A stretch of 64,000 bases of DNA from Myxococcales bacterium (GCA_016794465.1 JAEUKA010000028.1:1-64000), one strand, 5' to 3'. Positions 54,971-64,000 are shown, counted from the first letter of the stretch. Numbers and translations: made by a program. Notes: generated from the sequence alone by a model not told the origin.

Positions 54971-56089
54971 TTACCCGAGATAGCCATCGATTAGTAGCTG
55001 CTCGGCGGTCAAGATCGCGCCTTGGGCCGCGCCCATCTTGGTGTTGTGGGAAAGCAGGACGTACTTGACTCCGTGCTCGCCGAGCGCCCGCTCCGGTCGC
55101 AGCCGACCGACGACGGTGGTCAAGCCACCACCCAGCTCGCGATCGAGGCGTGGCTGTGGTCGATAGGGATCGTCGGTCACCGCAATGAGCTGCTGCGGCA
55201 GCGACGGCAGCTTCAGCGCCCCCAGCTCTTGTCCAAACTCGAGCAGCGCCGCCTTGACCTCGTCGATTGGCGCCGGTCGTGTCGTGGCACAGAACACCGC
55301 CTCGGTATGTCCATCGAGAACCGCGACCCGAGTGCAGGTACAGCTGATCGCGACTGCAAGCGGCTCGATGTGGAGCCCGTCCGTCCCGTCGCCAAGGCAA
55401 GCACCGAGGATCTTGCGCGTCTCTCGCTCGACCTTCTCTTCTTCACCGGGAATAAACGGGATGATGTTGTCGATGATATCGAGCGCGGACACTCCCGGCG
55501 ATCGCCCCGCCCCCGACACCGACTGCAGCGAGGTCATGACCACTCGTGAAAGCCCAAAGTGACGCAGGATCGGCTGCAGCGTAATCGCCAGGCCCACCGT
55601 CGTACAGTTTGGCCCCGGGGCAATGAAGCCGCGAAAGCCACGCCGCCGTTGTTGGGTCCGCAGCAGCGCCGCATGGGAGCGATTGACCCCCGGCAGCAAG
55701 ATCGGCACGTCCGGCTCGTAACGAAACGCGCTTGCCGTCGAGAACACCGGCACCTGAGCAGCCAGACGCGGCTCTAGCTCTTTGGCGACATCGCTCTCGA
55801 CGGCGGAGAACACCAGATCGATCCCGTCGGTGGTTGCCTCTTTGGCTGACTCGACGGGCAATTCCAGCGCCTCGGCGGGCGGCTGTCCCCCGGCATACCA
55901 GCGCAGACTGCCGCGCTCGTCTCGCAGCGACTCGCGATAGGAACGACCGGCCGATCGCTCCGACGCACACAGCCGTGCCAGCGAGAAAAAAGGATGGCCA
56001 CTGAGCGCAGCGACAAACTGCTGCCCGGCGACTCCCGTCGCACCCACGACCATCGCACGCAGCTTTGGATTCATTGCGGCAGGAAGCAT
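54971..56089 (-). CDS. asd: Aspartate-semialdehyde dehydrogenase
   Basis: NAD(P)-binding N-terminus (RAMVVGATGVAGQQF) and active-site Cys region (APGPNCTTVGLAITLQP), C-terminal SHNTKMGAAQGAILTAE. Alternative start 56074. The track ORF extended to 57403 is antisense read-through over the C69 gene. Confidence 0.9.
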   Translation of the reverse strand: MLPAAMNPKLRAMVVGATGVAGQQFVAALSGHPFFSLARLCASERSAGRSYRESLRDERGSLRWYAGGQPPAEALELPVESAKEATTDGIDLVFSAVESDVAKELEPRLAAQVPVFSTASAFRYEPDVPILLPGVNRSHAALLRTQQRRRGFRGFIAPGPNCTTVGLAITLQPILRHFGLSRVVMTSLQSVSGAGRSPGVSALDIIDNIIPFIPGEEEKVERETRKILGACLGDGTDGLHIEPLAVAISCTCTRVAVLDGHTEAVFCATTRPAPIDEVKAALLEFGQELGALKLPSLPQQLIAVTDDPYRPQPRLDRELGGGLTTVVGRLRPERALGEHGVKYVLLSHNTKMGAAQGAILTAEQLLIDGYLG

Positions 56090-56125
56090 AATCGGACTTT
56101 CCGCAAAGCAACAAAAAGGATCGCC

Positions 56126-57343
56126 ATGTGTGACACCGTCGTCGTGGTTCGGCCTGACTGTGTGCTGTTTGCCAAGAACTCGGATCGCCCGCCCGAGGAA
56201 GCGCAGGTCATCGACTGGCAGCCGGCGCGAGAGCATCCGCCGGGCTCGTTTGTCGAGTGTACCCACCTGCGCATTCCCCAGCGTCGACGCACCCACGCGG
56301 TGATGCTGTCGCGGCCATCGTGGATGTGGGGAGCCGAGATGGCGACCAACGAGCATGGCGTCACCGTCGGAAATGAAGCGGTCTTCACCCGCCACGGAGT
56401 GCCGCGCACCGGCCTCACCGGCATGGACCTTGTCCGCTTGGCCGTCGAGCGCGCTGCGTCCGCCGAGTCCGCCGTCGAGACAATCCTCGATCTGGTGGCA
56501 CAGTTTGGCCAGGGCGGCTCCTGCGATCGTCACAACCCCAGCTTTCGCTACTTCAGCAGCTTCCTCGTCGCAGATCGGCGCCGAGCATTTGTACTGGAGA
56601 CGGCTGGTCCGCACCACGCCGTCGAGGAAGTCCGAGGCGCTCGCAGCATCTCGAACGGCCTGACCATCCCTGGCTTTGCCGAGGCGCACAGCGATGTGAT
56701 CAAGACCTGGGCGGCGCGCTGTCGGATTCGTCAGCCTCGGACCGAAGCGAACGCCCAGATGGCTGACGAGCTGCTCGGCCTGCTCTCGGTGCTGCGGGAT
56801 CATGGGCCCGTCGCAGCGCGCACTGGTCAGATCGACTATCACCCGCTGCTTGGTGGCATGACGGGGCCGTGTATGCACGCGGCGGGCCTGGCCGTCGACT
56901 CGCAGACGACGGCGTCGTGGGTTTCGCGGCTGTCCCGAAGCGGCGATCGGCACTTGGTAACAGCGACGGCAGCACCGTGTACAGCGCTGTTTAAGCCGGT
57001 GTCCGTGCACGAGCCGCTCGACCGAGAGCTTTTGGGAGCGCCCGCCTACGGTCGCGCCGATCAGCACTCGCTGTTTTGGCTGCACGAGCGACTTCACCGT
57101 CTGGTGATGCAAGATCCCGAGCAACTCCTGAGCCATTACGAAGCCGAGCGCGATGCCGTGGAGCGGCGATTTTTGGACAGTCCGCCGTCGTCGGCGCAGG
57201 CGTTTTCGGAGAGCCGGCAGCTGCTGCACAAGTGGACGAAGCTGGTGACGGACGCGCTGGCGGCCAGCCCACTGCCACGACCGAAGCGTGCGCGGTGGGT
57301 CGAGCGCTATTGGCACAGGCAGAACCGCCGCGTGGGACTGTAG
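56126..57343 (+). CDS. Secernin/peptidase-C69-like Ntn-hydrolase
   Basis: AAAAAGGA RBS. N-terminal MCDTVVVVRPDCVLFAKNSDRPPEEAQV matches the secernin/C69 pattern (CDTFVAL...FGKNSDR..DEVQEV) with Cys2 as N-terminal nucleophile. Confidence 0.85.
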   Translation: MCDTVVVVRPDCVLFAKNSDRPPEEAQVIDWQPAREHPPGSFVECTHLRIPQRRRTHAVMLSRPSWMWGAEMATNEHGVTVGNEAVFTRHGVPRTGLTGMDLVRLAVERAASAESAVETILDLVAQFGQGGSCDRHNPSFRYFSSFLVADRRRAFVLETAGPHHAVEEVRGARSISNGLTIPGFAEAHSDVIKTWAARCRIRQPRTEANAQMADELLGLLSVLRDHGPVAARTGQIDYHPLLGGMTGPCMHAAGLAVDSQTTASWVSRLSRSGDRHLVTATAAPCTALFKPVSVHEPLDRELLGAPAYGRADQHSLFWLHERLHRLVMQDPEQLLSHYEAERDAVERRFLDSPPSSAQAFSESRQLLHKWTKLVTDALAASPLPRPKRARWVERYWHRQNRRVGL

Positions 57344-57433
57344 ACGGCGCCCAGGGAGTCTCTGTATCGGCACCTGCTCGCTCCGGCGAAAAATTGCTCC
57401 CACGACGCGCCTCTTGTATATGAGGCGGCGGAA

Positions 57434-57937
57434 ATGGGGATTTGGACCGCACGCTTCTGGGTCTTCGTAGCGCTGCTCTCGCTCGTGATGGAGCTTGGGC
57501 AGGGGCCGCGACCCATGCGCTCGTGGTGCGATGGGTCTGTGGTTTCACGAGCGGGCGATCGCGCCGCGCACCACTCAGCTGAAACGACCGAGGCTGTGAC
57601 CGAAGCGGAAGAGCAAGCCGAAGCGGACAGCCCAGACGGTACTCCCGAGCCAGGGGAAGACTCCGACGAAAGACCAGATGAAGAGCCTGGCGAGAAGTCC
57701 GGCGAGAAGTCCGGCGAGAAGTTCGGCGAAAAGTCCGGCGAAAAGTCCGGCGAGCAAGCCGAAGAAGAAGACACGGAGGAGCTGGGCAAAAAAACGCTCG
57801 ACCCCGTGCATATGGCGGTAACGACCTATGCTTTTGTTGGACTGATCAGCGGCCGACTCAAGCAATTCAGACACATCGCCGAGCTGATCGATCTGACGCA
57901 TCACGAAGCTCCCGAGCGGCCTCCTCGTCCGGTGTAG
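57434..57937 (+). CDS. Acidic repeat protein with N-terminal TM helix
   Basis: 167 aa. TM (FWVFVALLSLVMELG), highly acidic middle with (GEKS)n repeat, conserved C-terminal helix. Confidence 0.5.
   Translation: MGIWTARFWVFVALLSLVMELGQGPRPMRSWCDGSVVSRAGDRAAHHSAETTEAVTEAEEQAEADSPDGTPEPGEDSDERPDEEPGEKSGEKSGEKFGEKSGEKSGEQAEEEDTEELGKKTLDPVHMAVTTYAFVGLISGRLKQFRHIAELIDLTHHEAPERPPRPV
57689..57760 (+). repeat. 12-bp tandem repeat x6 (ggcgagaagtcc) encoding GEKS/GEKF units
   Basis: Five near-perfect units 57689-57748 plus a degenerate sixth (ggcgagcaagcc). Confidence 0.8.
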
Positions 57938-58044
57938 CCGGACAACGAAGGTCAGCAAGGTACCCGGCGCGCCCCGCGACCCGAGGTCCACCAGCGCACT
58001 AACTGCACCCGGTTGCAGTGCGCCAACCCGCTGTGGGAGTGATC

Positions 58045-60132
58045 ATGAAAATTACTGTAAACAAGTCCGCTCGCGGTCAGGGCCGGGCGGCGCCATCGCC
58101 CTTTCTGGAGCGGCTCCAGTCGATGGTGTCGGCATGGAAAGCAGACTGGCTCGACGCCATCCATCAGCCCAAGCTACCGAATATTTTGGCGGCAATTACC
58201 GTCGCTGCGGTTGCGATGCCACTCAACCTAGCGCTGGCAGTTGCAAGTGGACTTCCGCCCGCTGCCGGTCTGTTTTCCGGAGCCATCGGTGGCTTTATCG
58301 CAGCCGCATTTGGTGGCTCGCCGATGCAAGTCACCGGCCCGGCCGCCGCACTGTCTGTCATGGTGCTCGCACTCGCCAAACAGTTTGGTGTGGTCGGTGT
58401 GGCGGCTGCCTGCTTGATCATCGGAGTTCTCCAAGTCGGACTCTCGCTATCAGGAGCGGGACGGCTTGGGAAGTACGTTCCAGAGAGCGTCCTCGCCGGC
58501 TTCACCACCGGAGTAGGAATCAAGCTCCTCGATACTCAGCTGCCCGAGCTGCTTGGCTTCCCAGAGGTCGTAAACTATCAGCTGATTGACCTGGCAATGA
58601 TGATGCACCGTCCCCAGTGGCTGCATCAGGTGTCGTGGCTAGCGGTCGTCTCTGGTCTGGTTGTGGCGTTCTCGATTGTGGGACTGGCCAAGTACCGACG
58701 CGTACCTGCCGCCGCGCTGGCCGTCGGGATCGTCACCTTTGTCTCTGTGTATGTGAACTGGGATGTGCAGCGGGTCCGCGACATCGGGGAAGTCCTATCG
58801 GTATTCCCAGCGCCGTCGCTGCCAGTGATTGCCGACGAAAAGCTGCTTGATCTGCTAATGGCGACTCTGCCCCTCGCGCTGCTTGCATCGCTAGAGTCGC
58901 TGCTCTCTGCGCAGGCCATTGATCGTATGGTTCCGGACCGCCGTCCGCACGAGCCGAACCTAGAGCTGATGGGCCAGGGCCTTGCCAACTTTACCGTCGG
59001 TATTTTCAGTGGACTGCCGGTGACTGGCGTGGTGGTGCGATCAGGAGTCAACGTCCAGAGTGGCGCCACCAATCGCTTGTCTTCGCTGCTGCACGGACTG
59101 CTTCTGGCCGGCCTGGTGATGACGCTGGCGCCAATCATCAGCAGCATTCCGCAGGCCGCTCTGGCCGGTCTGCTGTGCGTCGTAGGATTCCGCTTGATCG
59201 AATGGCGGACTCTGTTCGAGCTATCCAAGAAGGAAAAAGTCGAAGCAGCAGCGTTCGCGGTGACGGCCATTGGCACGGTAACAGGTCACCTCCTGACCGG
59301 CCTGGTCCTCGGGATGGTGCTGCATGCCATCGATCGTTACCTGCACCGTGGCTCACGCGAGAGCTCGCTGGTCAATGCGGAAGCACGCGCCAGAGGAGTC
59401 CGCGCCACGCTGGGAAAAGCGCACGCACAAGCGCGGGTCACCAAGCACTCTGATCCCCTGCCCTCTCATCATCGCTGGCTGCGGCACATTCGCTATGAAG
59501 GAGTCCGGGCCCCGACCGCGTACGTACATCCGGATGGATCGGTGATTGGGAAGGTAGTGCTCGGTGATCATGTTCACATCGCTGCCGATACCTCTCTGCG
59601 CGCGGATGAGGGCTCGCCGTTTTTCATCGGACCGAACTCCAACATCCAAGACGGAGTGATTCTGCACGCGCTCAAAGAGAAGTACGTAGAAGTCGCAGGG
59701 GAGGAGTGGGCGATCTACATTGGCAAAGATGTCTCGATCGCGCACAACGCGCTCATCCACGGCCCAACGTACATCGGTGATCACTCCTTTGTCGGCTTTA
59801 ACGCAGTCGTGCATGACTCTGTCGTCGGCTCTGGTTGTTACATCGGAATCGGCGCAATTGTCGTCGGTGTCGAGATTCCCGATGGTCGCTTTGTTCCGCA
59901 CGGAGCGATCGTCGATACGGCGGACGCAGTCGATAAGCTGCCGCTGGCATCCGAGCACCACCGCGAGTTCAACGAAGACGTGGTGGAGGTCAATCGCGGC
60001 TTGGCCATCGCCTACGCGGCAGCCGATGCTGAAACCGAGCTACGCCAGGAAGATGACGCACGAGCGCACGAGCTGGAAGTCCAGCCCTGGCAAGATCGCT
60101 GGCTCATTCCCCCTCACACAGAGAGGTTCTAA
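58045..60132 (+). CDS. SulP-family anion transporter fused to a gamma-carbonic-anhydrase-like (left-handed beta-helix) domain
   Basis: GGGAG RBS. About 11 TM SulP core (FSGAIGGFIAAAFGGSPMQVTGPAAA...). C-terminal hexapeptide-repeat domain: NIQDGVILHA...IGKDVSIAHNALIHG...IGDHSFVGFNAVVHDSVVGSGCYIGIGAIVVGVEI, with His at i and i+5 as in gamma-CA Zn ligands. No recognisable STAS domain between them. Confidence 0.85.
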   Translation: MKITVNKSARGQGRAAPSPFLERLQSMVSAWKADWLDAIHQPKLPNILAAITVAAVAMPLNLALAVASGLPPAAGLFSGAIGGFIAAAFGGSPMQVTGPAAALSVMVLALAKQFGVVGVAAACLIIGVLQVGLSLSGAGRLGKYVPESVLAGFTTGVGIKLLDTQLPELLGFPEVVNYQLIDLAMMMHRPQWLHQVSWLAVVSGLVVAFSIVGLAKYRRVPAAALAVGIVTFVSVYVNWDVQRVRDIGEVLSVFPAPSLPVIADEKLLDLLMATLPLALLASLESLLSAQAIDRMVPDRRPHEPNLELMGQGLANFTVGIFSGLPVTGVVVRSGVNVQSGATNRLSSLLHGLLLAGLVMTLAPIISSIPQAALAGLLCVVGFRLIEWRTLFELSKKEKVEAAAFAVTAIGTVTGHLLTGLVLGMVLHAIDRYLHRGSRESSLVNAEARARGVRATLGKAHAQARVTKHSDPLPSHHRWLRHIRYEGVRAPTAYVHPDGSVIGKVVLGDHVHIAADTSLRADEGSPFFIGPNSNIQDGVILHALKEKYVEVAGEEWAIYIGKDVSIAHNALIHGPTYIGDHSFVGFNAVVHDSVVGSGCYIGIGAIVVGVEIPDGRFVPHGAIVDTADAVDKLPLASEHHREFNEDVVEVNRGLAIAYAAADAETELRQEDDARAHELEVQPWQDRWLIPPHTERF

Positions 60133-61049
60133 TGCTTACGACAGGAATCATCCTAGGAATGCTGCTGCTCGTAGCCCTGCTCTTGGCGCGCAGCTATGTC
60201 TATGTTGCAGAAGGAGAAGTCGCGGTCCTGACTCGCTTTGGCAGAGCGGTTCGGGAGTCGGACGGAACCCTGCGAGTCCTGAATGCAGGACTACACCGCA
60301 AGCTCCCGTGGGATCATCTTTTGCGGGTCAGCATCAAGGAACAGAGTATCGAGCTGGCCGGCGATGAAGATCGCACGGTGATGACCAACGACGGGATCGT
60401 GATTCGCTACCAATCGGCGCTGCGGTTTGCGCCGCTCAACGACAAGCTCGAGCACTATCTGTTTGGTCTGGCGCGTCCGATCGAACACATGGTGGGGACG
60501 TTCACATGTCTGCTCCGCAATGAGATCGCCAACTTTCAGTCCCCGCCTCCGCCCACCAGCAGCGCGACCGGTCTGTCGCGACTGACTACCGCAGAGCAGC
60601 TGATCGATGACTCGCTGGGAGCGTACGCGCTGATTCGTCGGGAACGCAAAGCCCTGAACACCCGCGTCACTGACTTCGGAAAGCGCCTGGTCGGGGATCA
60701 GTTCGGAGTCCGCTTGGAAGCGATCGATGTGATGAACTTCGAGCCTCCTGATGAGCTGCGGGAAGCGCTGAACACCGTCGTGCAAGCCAAGAATGATGTC
60801 GATGCCGGGCTGTTCCGCGCGGAAGGAGAGTGTCAGCAGCGGCTGCTCGCGGCCAAAAAAGGAGTCGAGATCGCCCAAGATCGCGCCCGCGCCATTGAAG
60901 TCGAGATGATCACGCTGGGCGAAAAGCTAGGCGAGCTGTGCCGCGCCAAAGTCCTGGATGACTACGTTTCTCGACGGCGTGCCGAGGTCTTGTCCGAGTC
61001 GCGTCAGGTCTATGTGCGCGGAAGCGCAGAACAGAAGGTGAATCCATGA
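60132..61049 (+). CDS. SPFH/band-7 domain membrane protein (HflK/HflC-like)
   Basis: N-terminal TM; SPFH core (AEGEVAVLTRFGRAVR...DGIVIRYQSALRF); C-terminal coiled coil. Start overlaps the stop of the SulP fusion gene. Confidence 0.8.
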   Translation: MLTTGIILGMLLLVALLLARSYVYVAEGEVAVLTRFGRAVRESDGTLRVLNAGLHRKLPWDHLLRVSIKEQSIELAGDEDRTVMTNDGIVIRYQSALRFAPLNDKLEHYLFGLARPIEHMVGTFTCLLRNEIANFQSPPPPTSSATGLSRLTTAEQLIDDSLGAYALIRRERKALNTRVTDFGKRLVGDQFGVRLEAIDVMNFEPPDELREALNTVVQAKNDVDAGLFRAEGECQQRLLAAKKGVEIAQDRARAIEVEMITLGEKLGELCRAKVLDDYVSRRRAEVLSESRQVYVRGSAEQKVNP

Positions 61050-61927
61050 CTCCCTATTTCCCCCTCGCCCTGGGTCTGCTCGCACCGCTAGCGATTGCGC
61101 TCGGCTTGTGGCTCCTTTTGCGCGCGACCACTGTGGAAGTCGAAGACGAAGCAGTCATCTTGGTCGAGCAGTTTGGCAAACATGTCGCCACCCTGAAGGA
61201 CCCCGGTCTGGCCTGGCTACCGTCGAGAATGCTGCCGTGGGTATCGCTCAAACACGTCTCTCTGCGGCGCGACTTCCTCCAGCTATCCGAAGTGCATGTT
61301 GCGGATCGGCAAGGAACCACGGTGATTGTCGATGTCTGGATCGACTACCGCATCATCGATCCGGTCAAAGCAGAGTACGCAGTGGCACACCTTCACGAGT
61401 CCCTGCATAGCTTGGTGATGCACGCGACGCTGTCGCTGCTTGGCCGCCGCACCTTCTATGAGATCCTCTGTGATCGATCGGAGCTTGGGGAGCTGCTCAA
61501 GAATGACATCCGCACCGACACCGAGCGCTGGGGGGTTGCGATCGAGCTGGCATTCCTACAGAAAGTCAGTCTGCTTCCGGAAGTCTCCTCGCGGATTCTG
61601 TCCACGATCGCGGCCCGACTGGGTCGCGCGCGGGCAGAGCTGCTGGAAGTAGGAAGGCTGGCAGTGGCGTCGATCGAAGCGGAAACCAGTGTCAAGGTTG
61701 CGACGCTGATGGCCGAAGCCAAAGGTCAGTACCCGCTGGCGATCGGTCGAGCGATGACGCAGCTTGGCGCCGAGCCAAAGGTGCTCGCTGCCTACAACGA
61801 GCTGTATCGCTTGTCCTTGCTGCGACCGCATCGCTCGACTGCCTTCATCGGATTTGGGGAAGACGGACTACGCGCGGCAGAAGCAGCGATGATTCCGCAG
61901 CCTCCACCTCCCTCTGCCAGCCACTAA
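61046..61927 (+). CDS. SPFH/band-7 domain membrane protein, second subunit
   Basis: N-terminal TM; SPFH-like core (VEDEAVILVEQFGKHVATL...VIVDVWIDYRIIDPVKA); 4-bp overlap with the previous gene. Confidence 0.75.
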   Translation: MTPYFPLALGLLAPLAIALGLWLLLRATTVEVEDEAVILVEQFGKHVATLKDPGLAWLPSRMLPWVSLKHVSLRRDFLQLSEVHVADRQGTTVIVDVWIDYRIIDPVKAEYAVAHLHESLHSLVMHATLSLLGRRTFYEILCDRSELGELLKNDIRTDTERWGVAIELAFLQKVSLLPEVSSRILSTIAARLGRARAELLEVGRLAVASIEAETSVKVATLMAEAKGQYPLAIGRAMTQLGAEPKVLAAYNELYRLSLLRPHRSTAFIGFGEDGLRAAEAAMIPQPPPPSASH

Positions 61928-62586
61928 TCGGACTGTCCGTTCGGTTTTGCTTGGGGCGGTGCTACTTCCAGACCACACTCTGCGGCAAACGCTCGCCAGT
62001 CGAAGCGGAGCCGCTCAGCAAGCTGGAAATAGCGCTGCGCTTGCTCATCACTCTGCGGAGCGCCATCCCCGATCGCAAACATCACACCCAGCGTAGCCGC
62101 CGCCCGACCACTGCCACTGTGGGCCGCTCGGTCATACCAAAACACGGCCTGCGCGAGATCCTGCGGAACTCCGTCTCCGGTGGCATAGAAGCCGCCCAAG
62201 TTGGCCATCGCCCGCGCGCTTCCCGACTCTGCGGCGCGCTGACACCACTTGACTGCTTGTGGAGGATCAGCCGGAACTCCGACCCCTTTGATGTAGAAGA
62301 CATACAGCTCGAACATCGCATCGGCTTCACCGGCGGCGGCGGCAAGCTGATGATAATGAATACTTTTTGATACCTCTTTTTGGCAGCCGAAGCCTGCGTA
62401 GTAAAACAGTCCCAAAAGATACAGTGCCCGCGCTTCGGTCTGGGATTTCTCGACGAGCGCGAAGGCTTCCTCGGCCCGCTCACTCTGGCGCGAAAAGTAG
62501 ATCTGGTTGGCCAGCTCGATTTCGGCCTTTCGCGCAGCTTGCTGCGGATCGGTATCGGCACTCTGTTCATCCATGGTCCGTCTCAT
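61924..62586 (-). CDS. Sel1-like repeat (TPR-like) protein
   Basis: Several ~36-aa Sel1 repeats (ALYLLGLFYYAGFGCQKEVSKSIHYHQLAAAAG; AMANLGGFYATGDGVPQDLAQAVFWYDRAA). Confidence 0.75.
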   Translation of the reverse strand: MRRTMDEQSADTDPQQAARKAEIELANQIYFSRQSERAEEAFALVEKSQTEARALYLLGLFYYAGFGCQKEVSKSIHYHQLAAAAGEADAMFELYVFYIKGVGVPADPPQAVKWCQRAAESGSARAMANLGGFYATGDGVPQDLAQAVFWYDRAAHSGSGRAAATLGVMFAIGDGAPQSDEQAQRYFQLAERLRFDWRAFAAECGLEVAPPQAKPNGQSD

Positions 62587-62610
62587 TCCCTTTCGGTGAT
62601 TCGAGCCCAG

Positions 62611-64000
62611 CTAGAAACACACGTGAGTGGTCATGTTGCACATCTTCCCACCCGAGCAGTCGGCATCCATCAGGCACTCTACACACAGCGTCTTGGTCGG
62701 ATCGGCGTTGTCCTTATAACACTTGGGAGTCCCTCCCTTGCAGTCCGCGTCCATGGCGCACGGCACACAGAGGTTCTTCACCGGCATCCCCGTCACCGTC
62801 TGACAGATCTTGTTGGTTCCAGTGCAGTCGGCATTGGCCAGACACTGGGTACAGACATTGAGGTGCTTGTCCGCCGCATCAATGGAACACTTGCTCGCCG
62901 TAGCTACCTTGCAGTCTGCGTTCGCAAGACAGACCGTACATGCGTTCTTCTTCGGGTCCGCAGCATCGGTGTAGCACTTCGAGTTCGGCGCAATGCACTG
63001 CATGTCATTCTGACACTCCACACAGTAGTTCTTGGTGTCATCGTTGCCGGGGTCCTTGTAGCAGGAAGGCATCGAGAACGCCGTCAGCGCCGTGCAGTTG
63101 GTATCCATCAGACAGACCAGACACTGGTTCTTGCTCGGGTCCATTGCGTCCTGCTTGCAGGTTGGCTTCGGAGTCATACAACCCGACGCCGCCGTGCAAG
63201 GAACACACTGATTCTTGGTGGTATCGGCGACGTTGACAAAGCAGGACGGCTTCCCTGCCACCATCGCGCAGTCCGAGTCTCCCTTGCAGGCCACGCACTG
63301 ATGGTTGCCAAGATCACACAGCGGCTTGCCCATCACATTCATACAGTCCATGTCCGCCAGACACCCGACACACTGGTTCTTGCTGGTCACTCCGCCGCTG
63401 TCCTTCAGACACTTCGGACTCGTCATCGGACAGTCAGAATCACCCAGGCACGGCACGCACTTGTTGAGGTTCGTATCGCAAGCGGGCCGACTGGTCAGCG
63501 TCTTGCAATCGTTCGAGCTCAGACACTCCACACAGGCATTCAGCGTCGAGTCCGGATTGGTCTTGCACTGCGCCGGAGTCATGTTCTTACAGTCCGCAGC
63601 CAGCAGACACGGCACGCACTTGTTGATCGTGACATCGCAGGTCGACTTGTTTGGATCGGTGCAGTGACTGTTCTGGGTACACTCCACACAGACGTTCTTG
63701 CTGCTATCTGTTGAATCGATCTTGCAGCCTGGTGCCGTCGCAGTCTTGCAGTCCAGGTTCGACAGACACTTTGTGCAGCGACCCGCTGTGGTGTCACAAG
63801 CAGGTCCATTTGGAGACGTGAGACAGAAGCTGTTGTCGGTACACTCTACGCACAGATTGTTCGTCGGACTGCACGCGCGGGTGGTGGTTCCGCTGCCCAA
63901 GATGCGCAGACAGTCCGAGCCCGTCAGACACTGCACACAGCCCTTGCCGGCCTTGCACAGAGACTTGGTCGGGTTAAACGGATCGCAGCCGATATCGTTA
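62611..64000 (-). CDS. Myxococcus-type cysteine-rich repeat protein (partial; N-terminus beyond window end)
   Basis: More than 12 tandem ~38-aa repeats of the form xCVxCLxDxDCxxxxPxCxxDxxDxxKNxC. Frame stays open through 64000 (the track start at 63936 is a GTG inside the ORF). Confidence 0.75.
   Translation of the reverse strand, partial: NDIGCDPFNPTKSLCKAGKGCVQCLTGSDCLRILGSGTTTRACSPTNNLCVECTDNSFCLTSPNGPACDTTAGRCTKCLSNLDCKTATAPGCKIDSTDSSKNVCVECTQNSHCTDPNKSTCDVTINKCVPCLLAADCKNMTPAQCKTNPDSTLNACVECLSSNDCKTLTSRPACDTNLNKCVPCLGDSDCPMTSPKCLKDSGGVTSKNQCVGCLADMDCMNVMGKPLCDLGNHQCVACKGDSDCAMVAGKPSCFVNVADTTKNQCVPCTAASGCMTPKPTCKQDAMDPSKNQCLVCLMDTNCTALTAFSMPSCYKDPGNDDTKNYCVECQNDMQCIAPNSKCYTDAADPKKNACTVCLANADCKVATASKCSIDAADKHLNVCTQCLANADCTGTNKICQTVTGMPVKNLCVPCAMDADCKGGTPKCYKDNADPTKTLCVECLMDADCSGGKMCNMTTHVCF

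Noticed and set aside
54971-57403. 810-aa minus-strand ORF in the track
   Set aside because: Only the C-terminal ~370 aa (54971..56089) is aspartate-semialdehyde dehydrogenase. The upstream part is antisense to a well-supported + strand secernin/C69 gene (56126..57343, MCDT...KNSDR N-terminus with RBS), has R/A-rich low complexity, and would leave no promoter for either gene.
62380-63714. 444-aa + strand ORF
   Set aside because: Antisense to the Cys-rich repeat protein gene, whose regular CxC repeat periodicity is unmistakable on the minus strand.
1-64000. Search for tRNA, rRNA, CRISPR repeats and transposase/integrase genes
   Set aside because: None found by eye. Nothing resembles a T-loop/acceptor-stem pair or a regularly spaced short direct-repeat array, and no ORF resembles a DDE/serine/tyrosine recombinase. 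A tRNAscan/Infernal pass is still needed, because small RNAs are easy to miss by eye.

Overview
64-kb, ~62% GC bacterial chromosomal segment with about 50 protein-coding genes. I found no rRNA, tRNA, CRISPR array or transposase/IS by eye. Gene content points to a myxobacterium-like deltaproteobacterium or an acidobacterium: Cys-rich CxC repeat protein, eukaryote-like kinase fold, CarboxypepD_reg-TonB receptor, many multiheme cytochromes, EF-hand protein.

Layout from the left:
- a CzcC-CzcB-CzcA-type metal efflux operon (minus) divergent from a beta-carbonic anhydrase
- a GC-depleted hypothetical secreted protein
- a PAS-STAS protein, then a membrane protein / LON-N / secreted RNase T2 operon
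- GTP-PEPCK
- a vWA protein + degenerate Ser/Thr pseudokinase operon, divergent from a NucS/Hjc-like nuclease-domain protein
- a trypsin-like protease, an FN3 lipoprotein and a TonB-like OMP
- the headline locus: two tandem paralogous secreted Cys-rich vWA(MIDAS) lipoproteins, then a full-length MAJOR VAULT PROTEIN (MVP) homolog, then a convergent 4-EF-hand protein
- a tight porin-cytochrome-type operon: decaheme lipoprotein cytochrome, ~12-heme cytochrome, beta-barrel OMP, 13-heme cytochrome, monoheme cyt c, NapC/NirT tetraheme quinol dehydrogenase
- a class III adenylate cyclase
- a membrane spermidine-synthase-like protein translationally coupled to a huge GT-C-like membrane protein with a kinase-like C-terminal domain
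- lipid/CoA enzymes, a CarboxypepD_reg-TonB receptor + lipoprotein, asd, a secernin/C69 Ntn-hydrolase
- a SulP transporter fused to a gamma-carbonic-anhydrase domain, an HflK/C-like SPFH pair, a Sel1 protein, and a Myxococcus-type Cys-rich repeat protein running off the window end.

The most interesting candidate system is the bacterial MVP with its vWA / EF-hand neighbourhood. All calls are from by-eye motif recognition; no database search was run.
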